64,000 nt of DNA from Setoptus koraiensis (Eukaryota > Animalia > Arthropoda). The stretch is from contig CM106585.1 of NCBI GenBank assembly GCA_048013815.1, positions 20,336,001 to 20,400,000 of the forward strand. Reading direction: 5' to 3'. This document shows positions 10,698-23,921 of this stretch, one piece after another. The translations under genes and the position numbers were made by a program. The stretch's first letter is position 1; every line of letters begins with the position of its first letter. The notes under the pieces are model-generated. The model saw only the letters and a program-made list of their open reading frames with translations, made no database searches and was not told the DNA's origin.

Positions 10698-12404
10698 ATG
10701 GACGAAGTGGACTTGAATGATTTACCAAGGGGCCAAAGTTCTGCCTTTGAGGGATCACAAGATAATGATGATTATTTCATAGAGAATAAGAATACAACTT
10801 TACATCCATTTGCTCATCAGGTAAGTGCCATACATATGCCAACTACGACTTTTTATGCACTATATACATAACGCAACAACGTGCTATCCGTATTTACTAT
10901 CCGTCGCTCACTATCTAATCTTCAAACTCATCCAATCATGATCATAATAATCCCAGGTTGGTGGCCATACACAATTATTAACATTAGATAAAAGCACTCT
11001 ATGCAAACCTCTCATTCCAAGAGAGCATCTATTTTATTTGAATGTCCCAAAAGAACTGGTCAAATTTGTGCCATCATACAAAGGAGTTATACAAATACGT
11101 GACACTGGTAGAGGTTACCCACCCCTTGTCTATCAGCCAATTAGGAGTCCAAAATCACCTTTCGGGAAGTGTCTGCCTGGCACAGCATTGTTATCTAGCA
11201 CATTACCAGCCAATTACGGGGCGGAGTTCAATATTTATGAAAATGATGGCAGGTTCCCCAATCTAACAAATTCTCAGTGTACATTGAAAGAAAAAACACG
11301 GACAAACAGCGAGGGCGAAGAGAGTATAAAGGTGGACATATCCACTGACGAGGATAGTTCACATTCATTGAACAATTTCAATACTTACTCGCCCTATGAA
11401 TTAAAGTAAGTATTTCATGCAATAGAGAACAAGGAACAAATTTATCACCAGTTTATGTAAGGTATTAAGCGCAACTTTTATTTCTCAAAAACATCACCAT
11501 CATAGGATCCAGTTTCGACCATGTTCCGATGAGACAATCCTGAAGACAAACCTCTCCAAAAAAGACCCCTCGGAGCCTGATCTAAGTAGTCGTCCAAGTC
11601 AGACGCGTATGTATTCACAATATTAGCGTTATTTTTCAACAAGACGATCAGATATCCGGAAGTTCGTAGTATTAACACATTTTATACCTTTTTTAATTAT
11701 CTTTTTCGTGGCCATCAGATCTCCTACTTCTTGAAAACATCACTTCGAAATATCACCTACCATGCATCTTGGACATGAAAATGGGAACAAGGCAGCATGG
11801 CGATGATGCTTCTGAGGAGAAGAGACTTAGACAAATAGCAAAATGTGAGGCAAGCACTTCGGCCAATCTTGGGGTCCGTCTATGCGGTATGCAAGTGTAT
11901 CAGGTTGATTATGGCGGCTTCATGTGGTTCGATAAATACTATGGAAGAAAATTAGATAGAGAGGGTTTGAAGAAGGCGCTGAGACAATACTTCCATAACG
12001 GCTTACACTTTAATAAAGAAGTAATTGATGATGTAATTGACAGGCTCAAACTATTGAGCGAAGCTATAGAGAAATCTGCCTCGTTTAGGTTTTATAGCAC
12101 TTCATTATTGATTGTTCATGAAGGATGTCCAGGAAAAGTTAGCCAGACCCCAGTCGATGTTCGATTGATCGATTTTGCACATGCAATATGTGCATTTAAA
12201 TTAGAGACGGCAGATGGCAAGACACAACCAAGCAACCATAACAGCAACAGTACCAACAACAATAATATACCTGTTGGACCGGACAAAGGTCTGTTGCTAG
12301 GTTTGAATAATCTGATCGAACTATTGAACGAGCTGAAAGACGAATGCTGTTCCGAAGAATTGGTCACCGATATTATAATAGATGATTGCTCCGATGGACC
12401 TTAA
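10698..12404 (+). CDS. IP6K: Inositol hexakisphosphate kinase
   Basis: Exons 10698..10820, 10957..11405, 11506..11606, 11719..12404 (GT-AG, phases consistent). Motifs PFAHQ|[33 protein letters not shown]. Confidence 0.93.
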
Positions 12405-13290
12405 AGAAGATCAAGAAAGACAAGCAGCTGACAGTTCGAGCTACGAGGCGACATTTCTCTATCAAGAGTTGTTGGTCCACTCTTCTCATTTTAAGATTAC
12501 AGAAATAAGTTAAAGTAATCGTCTTTCCATTAGTATTTATATATACACATGTATAGAATGTTATATCGAAAATTTGTATCGAAAACTATCAAACTATCAG
12601 GCTGTGATCTCTAGCGATAGTCGGGTTAATGATACACACACGCAAATGTAATCTCTTACCCTTCCATAAGGTGATCTTTGGTAAATCTTCGAAAAAATAA
12701 ATAAAAACGAATCTATACACTAAAAGATATTTTAATTTGCTGTGCAGTCAAGCTACAGTATTTATTGTATCTTTGTTATTCTTTCACGAGATCACGATAG
12801 ATTTTTAAATGAAAAATCATTACAATAACTTCAAGTATCTTTTCTTATTTTTCATTAAAACGATATAAACGACACAGTTCTAGATTTATATACAGTAATA
12901 ATAAGTAATTTTCTCACATTTTGAGTTTTAACTTTGAAGGGGCTATCAGAGGTAGGCTTTGAACGATGCGAAATTGAGTTTTCTCCTCGTCATTATCAGG
13001 CAATGCGCGAATCTAAATGATGAGCCATAAGTAGTAATTAACTTTCGTTTTCTTTTTTTATTGGCCAATTATATATTAGCTGAAGGACAACTGACTGTTG
13101 AGCCATGTTAGGTGGTAGAAAACTTTTAAAATTACAAATCTACTTAAACAATAGGTGGCGATATAGAGAGATCTAGTTTTGACATTTTGGCTTACAATTT
13201 ATAAATGGGCAAGAGTTCAATCAAACATTATGACAATATATCCGGGGCGTCACGCATCTCTCGCACAATCGAAATGTAGAGAGATCATAA

Positions 13291-16200
13291 TTAATATAAC
13301 ATTATGACGCCTTCGCACATTGTCCTCGGTGCTCTTTTCTTGTTCGCCGACCACCCGTCAAATTGAACTAATGAAACTATAAAAATGTTAACTAGAAATA
13401 AAACAAACGCAACAACCACTAGATAATAACTATAACCAAACTGAGACCTGCTTTCTGATGTCCAGCCATTCTCCACCTCTTCCTTCGTCAGAACGTTCTT
13501 TTGTAGTTTGTTAAAATACTCCACCATCCAGCATATTAGCGCGACAAGCGAGAAGAAACCTACATCATGGCGATTGATCCGGAAGTGATAGATAATGATT
13601 AATCGCTGGTTTTTCACTTGCTTTCGGAAGATATGGAATACTACAGCCTATCATACACTGTACAAGGACTTACCCGAGAGTGCATTCCATATGATCAGGC
13701 CTAATGGTCCGGATAAAGTTCCGCTGGGTGACATCACAAAATTTATTATGGCGTAGATTGAACCGATCAAACCGAATAGTATGGCTAAGGATACACAAGC
13801 GAGAGTTGCAACCCATAAACGATAAGTGATTAGATCTGAGCCTTTAGATAGTTCATTTTGGACTGTATCATGGAGGTAAAATAAGAAGAAAGTTAGTTGT
13901 CATGATTGTTGTGATGCATTATTTGTGGGCTATTATTTTGATTTGGCCACTGGAAATTTCTTTGCGATTTGTTACTCTTATAATGCTTGTATCATTGATA
14001 GTGATAGCTCTATCTAGTGTTACAACAGTGTAGTATTATTCAAATTGAAATTACACAAATTCTTCAGATACATTCGCTATCACTAAAACAATACAAGCTC
14101 TTATATAGATTGCGGTTGGTTGCTACAGGCAAGCAACTCAAAAAAAGAAATCATGCCGTCAGAATGAACTCATAGGATAACCATTAACACTTGAGCTATG
14201 GTAGTACTTCTTGTAAGAAGATATTGAGACTTGCAGGGAAAACTGATCGAGTAGCGAGTAAATTCTCACGAAGAACCAGCTACTTTATATTGAAACTTTG
14301 TATTCTATTTTGGGAGACACACACAGCCTGAATACAACGATCGAGTTCATAAAACTCTCTTAATTCACTGCCATTTACAGTTACACTCAGAACATACAAA
14401 ACCGTCTATTCAAAAGTCTCTTACGATAACAAATTCAGTTGACCAGCGATACTGAAAATTCGCTTCGAAATCGTCAACTCTTGTATCTCTGTTACATCCC
14501 GATAGTGACTGAATATTGCTGTAATTCAAGGTAGATTCGAACCGCACGTGATTCTATTGTTTTCTGTTCAATCAAATGATCAGCAGATCTAAAGTAGAGT
14601 ATCCATTTACAAATATTCTTTCACAATTTGTCAATAATAACAATGTGCAAAAGCTCTGACATATATTTCTAGGATTCTATGATCTCGTTCGAGTCCGCAG
14701 AAGCATTCCGTCTCGCTAAAGAATCGAGTGACAAGATGAATCTAGAAGTTTTTACGTCAGCGTCATTTCTGTTGGAGGATTCAATAAATTATTAGCGAAG
14801 AAGAAAGGAGACATTTATCGCGACATCTTATGCCAGCGTATTTTGCAGCGCCTCAAACATCTTCAAGCGTCAGTGAGCTGAACTAGGGGAGGGCCAGGTG
14901 GAATCTTTCTCCGTCTACGATTTCCATAGTAAGATGCTCAGAGTTCTATCTGAACCATGTCATCATGAGCACCAAGAGTCGATGATGGATGTCTCATTAT
15001 TGACGGTTTTCATCGTATCTGAAATGGTTTTTGTGTGTAAGGTCCATTCCATTATCAATTACTAGTAACACCACTGACATACTTCAATGTTCTCTCTCAA
15101 TTGAATTAAAACAAAAAGAGGAGAGTTTGATTTAACATAGACAAGAATGAAGAAAAAAAAAACGAAACTAGCTAACCACAATCAAAAGCTGTTGTGACTG
15201 AACAACATTGGGTGTTAGCAATAAAACAAGTTTTTTCTATATACTGCTTCTACTGGCGAGCATAGGTTTTAGTATGCATCATTGATATGCTATCTGGAAT
15301 CTAACTGTCGAACGATGTTTGTGCAAATCAAACGATACTATAGCCAGATAATTATATGTGAATATACATAGCGTCTAATCTTGACCATAACTGCCCTAGC
15401 CTCACTAAGAGACACACACGACATGTGACTGAAGATCAGTATGCTCAGAGTAAATCCCTCCAATTGCTCCAAGACTTCTAATCACTGTCTTTTTCGTGTG
15501 GGCAGAAAACCTTTGATCGACAGAAAATCCGCGAAAACCAACGGATTGCTGACTACCACGTCAAGCCAGTTGTCTGAATCGACAACTAAGACTTTCGCTC
15601 GACCATTGCACAAACTTTTCTTTTGCTCAAATTTATTAATATTATTTTTTGATTAATGCTTCATGTTCCAAATATCAAACATCACTGAGTCTAATCCGCA
15701 CCTGCCTTCTATTTATACGAATTGGGCTAACATTGAAAGCTAGTAGAGATAATCCAGCTAGAGATTTTCTCTTGCCCACAGAAATATAGTCGATATCAGG
15801 TAGGTTCATTGTGTTGGTCAAGCACCTCCTTTGATTGAAGGGTATGTAGGTTTCCAATACGAAAGACCATTCAAAGAGATTTATTATCTGTATAAGAAAG
15901 TGAGTCTAGTTACTACCATGCAAATAATAATGACTATCAGCCTGCCAGAAAACACACAATCAATCACGATGAACAATAACAGTAATAGTTAAATGACAGT
16001 CAGAATTAAATGTTCGAGAGGCGAGGTTCGTCGCCATTGAACATTGCTTGGATGACATCCTCTTTCGTTACATTTCCATCATCTATCTGGTCATATCAAG
16101 CATAGCTTTTAAGATAACTGTTCTGTACAAGTTGTGGAAACTTTTCATCATTTTCCATCTGAGCAAGACAAGAAAACTCTGAGATTCAGCTCTCCTGTGC

Positions 16201-16422
16201 TGTTTGGAGATGCTGACTATAATATATGGCACCAACAAAAACTACAATTATGCCTCAAGATCACTTCATGATGCTTGTTTTGGATATGAAGAATCAGACA
16301 GTTATATTGTGCATATCGAGAGGCTAAAAGCTTTCGTCGGCCAATCAAAGATATTTCGTATGTTAGAAATTGATTCTTTTTGACTAAACTTTTATTCTCC
16401 TTGTGGTACTTACACTGGTAGC

Positions 16423-16475
<53 letters not shown>

Positions 16476-18378
16476 GAAGTGCAAATCGGATTGCAATAGT
16501 TATGTGCAGTATTGTAGTCTGTGTCTAACTGTTTAACTGCAATGATGGATTTGTAAGCTCAGATAGAACACGGTAGAACGGGGATAGATTAATTTCATGA
16601 TACTCTCTCCATTGTGATAGACGATTAAGCCCATAATCATGGAGCAACCTGAGAAGTCAGATCGACTCGCCCTGCTCATTCAACTTTTGACGCTTAATTC
16701 AAGAAATCATCGTCACAGAAAATGATTGATAGTGGAACGAAGTAAAACTCTTTCTCGGGTTAAAAATAATGAAATAAAGGCCAACAAACACGAAGTCGGA
16801 TTTGTGCCAGATTTGACCACTCAATCTAATCTTCAATCATTACATCATGATAGACTGTAGAATATGAGTTGGCAATCTCTAGTTTGAATATATCAAGCTG
16901 CTAGCGCTAGTCGTTGTGATGCTATTAAAGGGGGATCGTTATGATCGCAAATCATATCCTCGTCTTAAGAGTAGGCTCAGAGGAGCTCCTAATAGTGAGT
17001 CACTATTTAAACGTTTATATGATTGAATAACTTGCCTTAGGATTGGCTAACCTACAGTAGTAAATAGACAATAAAAGAAATATAATAATTTGTTCTATCT
17101 GATCCAAGATATCCATCATAACTATTGCACGATACGATGGAATGCTCAATGGAAAAATAGTTGGACTGATTTTTCAGAGTGCCTTCTATGAACTATAATA
17201 ATCTGTTGCGTGAGCTTTGGAGCTTCATCATGAGCCATGTAAGAGAAGAGATAATAAAATCTAAACTATACCTGAGTGCAAAATCTAATTGAAACCGCCA
17301 AAATCTGATGGTTGGAGGTGCACAAGCCAGAAATCTTTATTACATCTTCTTCGAGTCAAGTGCAAGACAACAAGACATCGGTGCTACGCTGAACAAACAT
17401 TCCTATTTCAGAGTACAACTGATAATGATAAAAATTATTATCAGTAGCAGAGACATCAAAAAGCATTACATAATGTTTGGATGTAATCTGATGTTATATT
17501 TTTGTGACGTTATGTCATGTTAGGCTTGATTTCGTGTTGGCTAGTTGCAATGTCTTGAAACATAAACACATGAGAAGTGAATCTAGAAAGAGATTGAGAG
17601 GGAACGATTTATTTATGGCGTGATTCATCAAATCAAAATCTCTTCATGACTTGTTCCATTTTGTGTGCCAGAACTTGTTGGTCACCAGTGCATTAGTATC
17701 TAGTTAGAGGGTGGTAGTAATGGCAACATGATCAAATTGTGGACTGTCTGAGGCAGCTAGATTGTGTGTAAGAGCAAAAAAGAGCTTATCTGAAAGGGCA
17801 GTTACGTCAAGAGTACATCAAGTAGATTAGAACTACATGTGTGAGTAGGAAGTGTAGAATTCATCGCCACTATGGTCAACTAGCCCTGGCAGTATTTGCG
17901 TCGGCAACAATGGCAAGAAAAAAAGCCAAAAAATAAATAGTATCTCGCTAAATTCATTTGGACTGGTTTAAAAACAAGATCGAGGGGTAGTAGTAGTTTA
18001 TGAATATCGCCTCAAAGTAGATCAAGGAAAGTAGCTCATTACTTCAATCAGATCTTCTCGGAAATGTTCACATGTTGATGGTTCTCATTTCGTAAGCTAA
18101 TGCGGTTTTGCGTTAAGGCAAAATTCTGAACCATGAGAGCCAGTCTTGATTATGTTAACAGTGCAAGTGCTCTTGTTAGAAGCTCGAGGACTAACAAATT
18201 GCGGAACAATAATCAAGACAGATCGAGGAATTTCAGGCAATATTGCAACTGTCAGTTGGGCGTTTGCAGTGGTCGTTGTTTTGAGACTCACAAAAGGCAT
18301 TACACCCATTAGGTAACAATGCCTACAACGGAATGGACAATTCCACCAGTTGATAAATGCCTCGAGGCATTAGAATAT

Positions 18379-18411
<33 letters not shown>

Positions 18412-18916
18412 AACCGAAGTATCTCAAACATTCTGGATCTCCTTGCAATACTACTTTGAGCTAATACAAGAATAATAATATACTTGCAGCGTCAAGAAAC
18501 AGACGGAAATGCATCAGGAATTTAGCTTTGCATCGTTTCACAGAGAGGGTGTATCTATGTAGAGAGTGTCTGTTGTACTCACCAGATATGGAGCTCGTTC
18601 TTGGCCCGAATCCATAATTAAGCACCTTGATGCCTTTGAATAGACCAAAATAGATGTCGCCATGAAATTTGGCGTTGCCGTCTTGTGTTTTTCCATTGCT
18701 AAATTGTGCTTCGTCTATAATGGTGAAATTGTCGCCTTTATTGAGCACTTTTAAACTTCTGATTGGCTTCGACACAATCCATTTGTGAGTTGCCAGCGAG
18801 GCTGTGAGTAGAGCGAGGCATGTGGTGCAGACGAAGAATGTGAGAAAATATTTGAAACGGAGGCATCTCTTCATGCCGCCCTCTATGGCACTAAGGGGTG
18901 AGCTGGGCGAATACAT
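13291..18916 (-). CDS. Clarin-family tetraspan membrane protein
   Basis: Exons 18583..18916, 13674..13862, 13291..13559 (both introns phase 1; first intron 4.7 kb). Four hydrophobic segments, YFGLFKG, W..EY...L..NVLT.EE...GWTS...S.FGYSYY, C-terminal MLY. Confidence 0.85.
16426..16470. repeat. (GA)n microsatellite in clarin intron 1
   Basis: About 22 uninterrupted GA units. Confidence 0.95.
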
Positions 18917-19501
18917 AATCGTGTGTGTGTTGATCACAACCACTGGCTACAATGTAACACTATAATGATTAATAGATTGAGTTGTTGTGTGTGTGATGCA
19001 ATTTCAAATCCTTGGCTCTCGGATCTGCTAGAATATATTTCTATTCTATACTTCGCCTGGGGCACTTTGGCTGCTGTTGCTCTCTGGCTGGGCTTCGATT
19101 CATATATTGATATTGACAATAATAGCACTGTTGACCGCAACAGATCTGTGTGTCGATGCTTGTTAATTGCAACTAGTTTAATTTCGATAGCGATAATATA
19201 GTCCAACGGAAATAATGAAATTTAATAATGAAAACAATAATAGTGGTAGCAGGCATGCTTGTTGGTGCCATTGTTCCGTGTGGGGTTGTTGCTCGTGTGT
19301 AATGGTGATGAGGCTCGACAATGATGGCGAATTGTTCTATGCTTGCTGCGCCTTTTGGCTGCCACCTTTGTCGTTCGTTCGATCATTGTGAATCATGGAT
19401 CACGGAGCAGCACTGGCAGCCACACTAAGAACAACAGGCGGCGGCAGCTATGGCGGTAACCTTCGTTCGCTCGTTCCTTGCAAGCGCTTTTGTTCGATAG
19501 T

Positions 19502-19504
<3 letters not shown>

Positions 19505-19555
<51 letters not shown>
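19505..19555. repeat. (CA)n microsatellite upstream of clarin
   Basis: About 25 CA units; source of several spurious ORFs. Confidence 0.95.
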
Positions 19556-19557
<2 letters not shown>

Positions 19558-20141
19558 AACATGAACTGAAAGTGGTAAGTGCCACTGCTGCTGCTGCATA
19601 CACACACAACTGGTGTTGCACCAGTTGAGCTGCCACTGCGGCAGCCACACAACAGGAGACACCCTCCCATGCACAATCACACAAACGACCAACATTCTAT
19701 TTGACGAACACATTCTGTCCGAGTGAATAATGGTCAGCGCTGATTGTTCTCTATGGCTTAACCATTCTATTCTGTCCCCCTCGCTTTGCGCCTCCCCGAT
19801 ACAGCACAGTATACTATACTGACTATAGTATTGTATGCAGCGAGCCGCCACTCACAGAGTGGCCAACTCGCACACCAACTCACAACTGTACACAATTCGC
19901 TGTTTGCAACTCACAGTAAACACACTTGCCTCCATGGGAATTCGCATGGGGAGAGCAATCGCTTCGTTCGCCTATACACTGCAGCCGAATCCCGCTGTCC
20001 ATTAAACCAACTATTGTCCAATCCGGCAAACACATCATTTATTTCCCCCCGTCCCAAGCTTGCAAGATTTCCCATGCAAAAGTTTTGGTTCTATAGAACT
20101 AACAAGTTGTTGGGCGCGAAGGTCAAAAAATATGTCTCGAA

Positions 20142-20642
20142 TAGTGATCGGGGGAGCAACTCTGTGCAGGCTCACTTATATTGCTCCCGCAAGTGCTCCC
20201 CGAATCTGCTCCCCGCTCCCGGCCGGGAGCGGGGAGCCTCCCCAGCTCCCGCTCCCCGTCGGGGAGCGGGAGCAAATTCGGGGAGCAAGGGGGAGCAACG
20301 GGGAGCAACGGGGAGCAGCAGGGAGCTATGGAAAACAAGCAGGGAGCTATGGAAAACAAACTTGTGCATGATTTTTGAAAAGAGCGCACATAAAATATTG
20401 GCACATGATTCACTGTTCAAAAATCATGCACAAGTTTGCTTCCCATAGCTCCCTGCTTGTTTTCCATAGCTCCCTGCTGCTCCCCGTTGCTCCCCGTTGC
20501 TCCCCGTTGCTCCCCGAATTTGCTCCCGCTCCCCGACGGGGAGCGGGAGCTGGGGAGGCTCCCCGACGGGGAGCGGGAGCAATGCTCCCCGATGACCGTT
20601 GGGGGAGCGGGAGCGGGGAGCGGGAGGCTCCCCCGATCACTA
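20142..20642. mobile_element. Non-autonomous hAT-type MITE / foldback element (501 bp)
   Basis: Perfect 16-bp TIRs TAGTGATCGGGGGAGC (20142-20157) and GCTCCCCCGATCACTA (20627-20642), starting with the hAT YARNG consensus. Flanking 8-mers GTCTCGAA (20134-20141) and GTCTCGAT (20643-20650) match 7/8, consistent with a TSD. Internal 149-bp inverted arms at 20231-20379 and 20416-20564; many GGGGAGC units. No transposase. Confidence 0.8.
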
Positions 20643-20680
20643 GTCTCGATATGCGACAGTGCACGATACGCACTTGTAAC

Positions 20681-21100
20681 GCGTGCCTAGTGAGCGCGAT
20701 TCGTAAAACATATGATCGATGCAACAGTTGCGGTATTAAAATGATGAAAACAAACAAGCAACTCTCGTCGAGAGAATTAATATCGTTATCCGGCTCTCGA
20801 CCATTAGTAGCTCGTAGGAGGCAAAGATTACGGCACATTGGCAACTCTTCAGCCGATCATGGGCTATGGCGGAGAAATGAGATTGTTAAAACTAAGCAGA
20901 GAAATCAATCCAAAGATCAGAACGCTGGACTCAAGCTGAAATCACCTACTGTGGCTTGCCCATTAGGTCGCTTATACAATAAGAATGCCATTATTGACCA
21001 TCTATTGAGTTCTAGGGATTAGAGGCAAATTAATCAGGCTAAGCGTGTGCAACTGGTTCCAAAACCAGTTCAGCCGAGATTCAAACAATTGTCAGATAAT
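20681..21100 (+). pseudogene. RTF2: Degenerate partial duplicate of the RTF2 promoter and 5' CDS
   Basis: Aligns by eye with about 22422..22902. ATG at 20859 (atgggctat vs atgggctgt), a short deletion at the GGTIPR codons, a deletion at ELSAKWQFCALS, and CAG>TAG at 21020. Confidence 0.85.
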
Positions 21101-21229
21101 ATGTTTCCATTCAACGCGCACCTAAGTCAATTTTTGTTTCGTTTATCTATCATCATCCTATGCGATAATATTGATGGTTATTATGTATTCACAATAGAGC
21201 ACAATATGGATGGAAGCATTAGTCTCTGA

Positions 21230-22411
21230 TCAGATGGTGACCAGTTTTGTCTTTACTGATTTAATAAGCATTAACAATAGCAATGAGATATTCATAATAT
21301 ATAGCAGATAGATAATTTTCTCATCGGGATGTCCACATTCCTTGATAGAATGTTGCGATCGCGTGGATGATAACAGAAGAAAATATGGCATATTCTCAGC
21401 GTATTTATGGTTGTATGAAGACACAGTTATTTCCGGGATTAGTACAAGTGGTTGATGTCCTTTTTGGTGCGTGGTTTGACAATTCATATGAGTATGGCCA
21501 GACAACACCAATCGAGGGTCAAGTTTTTCAAGGATGTACTGAGTTATCGTTTTTGGCAGAACATCCTCCGCTGGTCGATTTGGTTTTCTGACGGTTCTTG
21601 CCATTGAATGAGGGTAGTCGCAGTTTGTGTCGTCATGCCTATGGAGAGGAAAATGAGTTAAGAGAATAGGTCTGGAGTAAGATGCACGCGTTTGTTTGAC
21701 ATCATCTAAATGTCTAGACAGGTAATTTAATTCTATCAACGACTGTGTACAGAGTTCACAAGAATCGTTACCAAACGACATAGAATTAAGAACTATAAAA
21801 TGTACAGATGGTTTCTTTCTAGATGTGACGTGCATTATTGAGTAAGTAGAATTGAATCTATTAATATATCTATAAAGGAGGTTCGGAAAATTCTTAATTG
21901 TATCATGGGATCCGATGTCATGATTGCCGGGAACAAATATAACCTCACGTTTCGTCGTATCTATAGGGAATATTTCCTTGAAATCATCAACATACTGATC
22001 AAAATCACCATCTTTTGAATAAGATCCCTCATCAATTATGTCTCCCAAAAAGACAATAATATCTGGTTCAAAGAGCCGAGTAGTGATTGAGAAAGATTGT
22101 TTCATTTGATGTTCTCTAATTTGCTTGTCAAACCAGACAGAATTTCTTTTACCCATTATATGAACATCTGTTATCACCATAATTTTCACCACTCCGTCGA
22201 ATGATCGACTGCTGAGGTTACCAACTGCGGGCCAACCGCAAAAGGCTAGATACTTATAGTAGTAGTAGCCATATTCACACCAAACCAGATTTAATAACGT
22301 TATGAGGAGCACTATCAAACGTTTATTCCTTGGTGGTATCTCTATTTTGCTTCTGATCATCGCTGTAATGTGCAATCTTTCCAGTAGTGGAAGGAGGTTT
22401 GTCCATATCAT
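21230..22411 (-). CDS. MPPE1: Metallophosphoesterase 1 (PGAP5/Cdc1 family), single exon
   Basis: 393 aa. DVH, GDIIDEG, GNHDIG, THFP and SGHTH calcineurin-like motifs; N- and C-terminal TM segments. Confidence 0.9.
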   Translation of the reverse strand: MIWTNLLPLLERLHITAMIRSKIEIPPRNKRLIVLLITLLNLVWCEYGYYYYKYLAFCGWPAVGNLSSRSFDGVVKIMVITDVHIMGKRNSVWFDKQIREHQMKQSFSITTRLFEPDIIVFLGDIIDEGSYSKDGDFDQYVDDFKEIFPIDTTKREVIFVPGNHDIGSHDTIKNFPNLLYRYINRFNSTYSIMHVTSRKKPSVHFIVLNSMSFGNDSCELCTQSLIELNYLSRHLDDVKQTRASYSRPILLTHFPLHRHDDTNCDYPHSMARTVRKPNRPAEDVLPKTITQYILEKLDPRLVLSGHTHMNCQTTHQKGHQPLVLIPEITVSSYNHKYAENMPYFLLLSSTRSQHSIKECGHPDEKIIYLLYIMNISLLLLMLIKSVKTKLVTI

Positions 22412-22611
22412 ATGTGTGGTTGCGTTCCAATGAGCGCATTTTGGAAATCATATGATCGGTGCAATAATGATTTTACAAAAAATGATGTGCCACACAAGCG
22501 ACCCTCGAGCATTTGTGTTGTTATCCAGATCACAATTATCGGTTGATTAACTATTAACTCACAAGAGTCAATTACGTAGATTGCGACAGAATAACAATTC
22601 TTCTGCCAACC

Positions 22612-23331
22612 ATGGGCTGTGACGGAGGCACAATACCAAGAAGGAATGAGATTGTCAAAACCAAACAGAAGGATCAATCCAAAGATAAGAATGCCGAATT
22701 GTCTGCTAAGTGGCAGTTTTGCGCCTTGTCTGGACTCAAACTGAAAGCACCCATTGTGGCTTGTCCATTAGGTCGCTTATACAATAAGGATGCCATTATT
22801 GAACATCTATTGAGTTCAAGAGATCAGAGGCAAACTAATCAGGATAAAGGTCCAACTAGTTCCAAGACCAGCTCAGCCGAGAGTCAAACAATTGTCAGTC
22901 ATATCAGAACATTGAGGGATGTCAAAGAGTTAAACTTGACCCGTAAATTAGACTACAATGACAAGACTGCCGAAAGTGGCAATGAGGCATTCGAAGCTGA
23001 ATATATTTGCCCAGTGACAAGTCTAGAAATGAATGGAAATCACAAATTTATTTACCTATACTCATGCGGATGTGTGATCTCAGCAAGAGCTTTAAAACAA
23101 GTACCAAACAAATTGTGTCTTGTTTGCTCAAAGCCATTCTCCCAAGAGCTGGACGTTGTATTACTTAATGGTGATCCTGATGAGTTGAATGAAATGAAAG
23201 TGAAAATGATCAAAAGAAGGCAACAGATGAAGCGTTCAAAATCTAACGGAGAATCGTCTGGATGCAATACTAAGAAACTCAAAAGTTCCCCAGATGCTAT
23301 TGCAAAACCATCAACTAGCCCATGCCATTGA
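22612..23331 (+). CDS. RTF2: Replication termination factor 2, single exon
   Basis: MGCDGGTIPRR N-terminus, CPLGRLYNKDAIIE, YICPVT.LEMNG..KF, CGCV..ARAL RING-like motifs. Confidence 0.95.
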   Translation: MGCDGGTIPRRNEIVKTKQKDQSKDKNAELSAKWQFCALSGLKLKAPIVACPLGRLYNKDAIIEHLLSSRDQRQTNQDKGPTSSKTSSAESQTIVSHIRTLRDVKELNLTRKLDYNDKTAESGNEAFEAEYICPVTSLEMNGNHKFIYLYSCGCVISARALKQVPNKLCLVCSKPFSQELDVVLLNGDPDELNEMKVKMIKRRQQMKRSKSNGESSGCNTKKLKSSPDAIAKPSTSPCH

Positions 23332-23921
23332 TATCTCTCTACACACTCAGCTCGGTTCCAATCACATCGGACCTTAAATGTTGATTCTCAAGGCGAGATA
23401 AGTGTAAAAAACTAGACCCATCAATATGATGATTGATATGATTTTCAATGTTACATGCCATGTCTTGTATGACGACTTACACTCACCGTGCTTTAGTTTT
23501 ATTACAATTTTAAACTACAGGCCACTACATTTGTTGTGAAAACGGTTTATCAGGTATGGCGAAAGTTCATCTACGCCCCTTGCCATTATCCGGTTCCGTC
23601 TCGTGAGCTATCCCACCTCCAACTGTCACTAAACGGAGAATATAAATAAATAGAATATAAATCTTGGAGAAAACAAAATAAAGCCGGACTCGTGTTTTGA
23701 TCATCACATGCTGATGTAAACATAACAACTTTAATTGACAAGCAAAACAATGACAAATCTACTTCTCAAATCATCCTTTTATACTGTTATGCTATCTGAT
23801 TCTAATCCGAATAGCTTCACTATATTGAGATGTCTGGAACAGATTGTAAATATATACATAAATAATACTATATATTAAATAATTAACTGAAATACCAAAG
23901 ATATTACTTTCCGAAGATCAA

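Noticed and set aside
19393-19851. ORFs with CVCVCV or HTHTHT runs (also near 33030, 56170 and 62020-62650)
   Set aside because: Translations of CA/TG microsatellites.
20231-20564. CRISPR-like or array interpretation of the GGGGAGC repeats
   Set aside because: No unique spacers or cas genes; explained by MITE inverted arms in a eukaryote.
20375-21022. 215-aa ORF ending in RTF2-like sequence
   Set aside because: Chance read-through from the MITE into the RTF2 pseudogene; begins inside the element.
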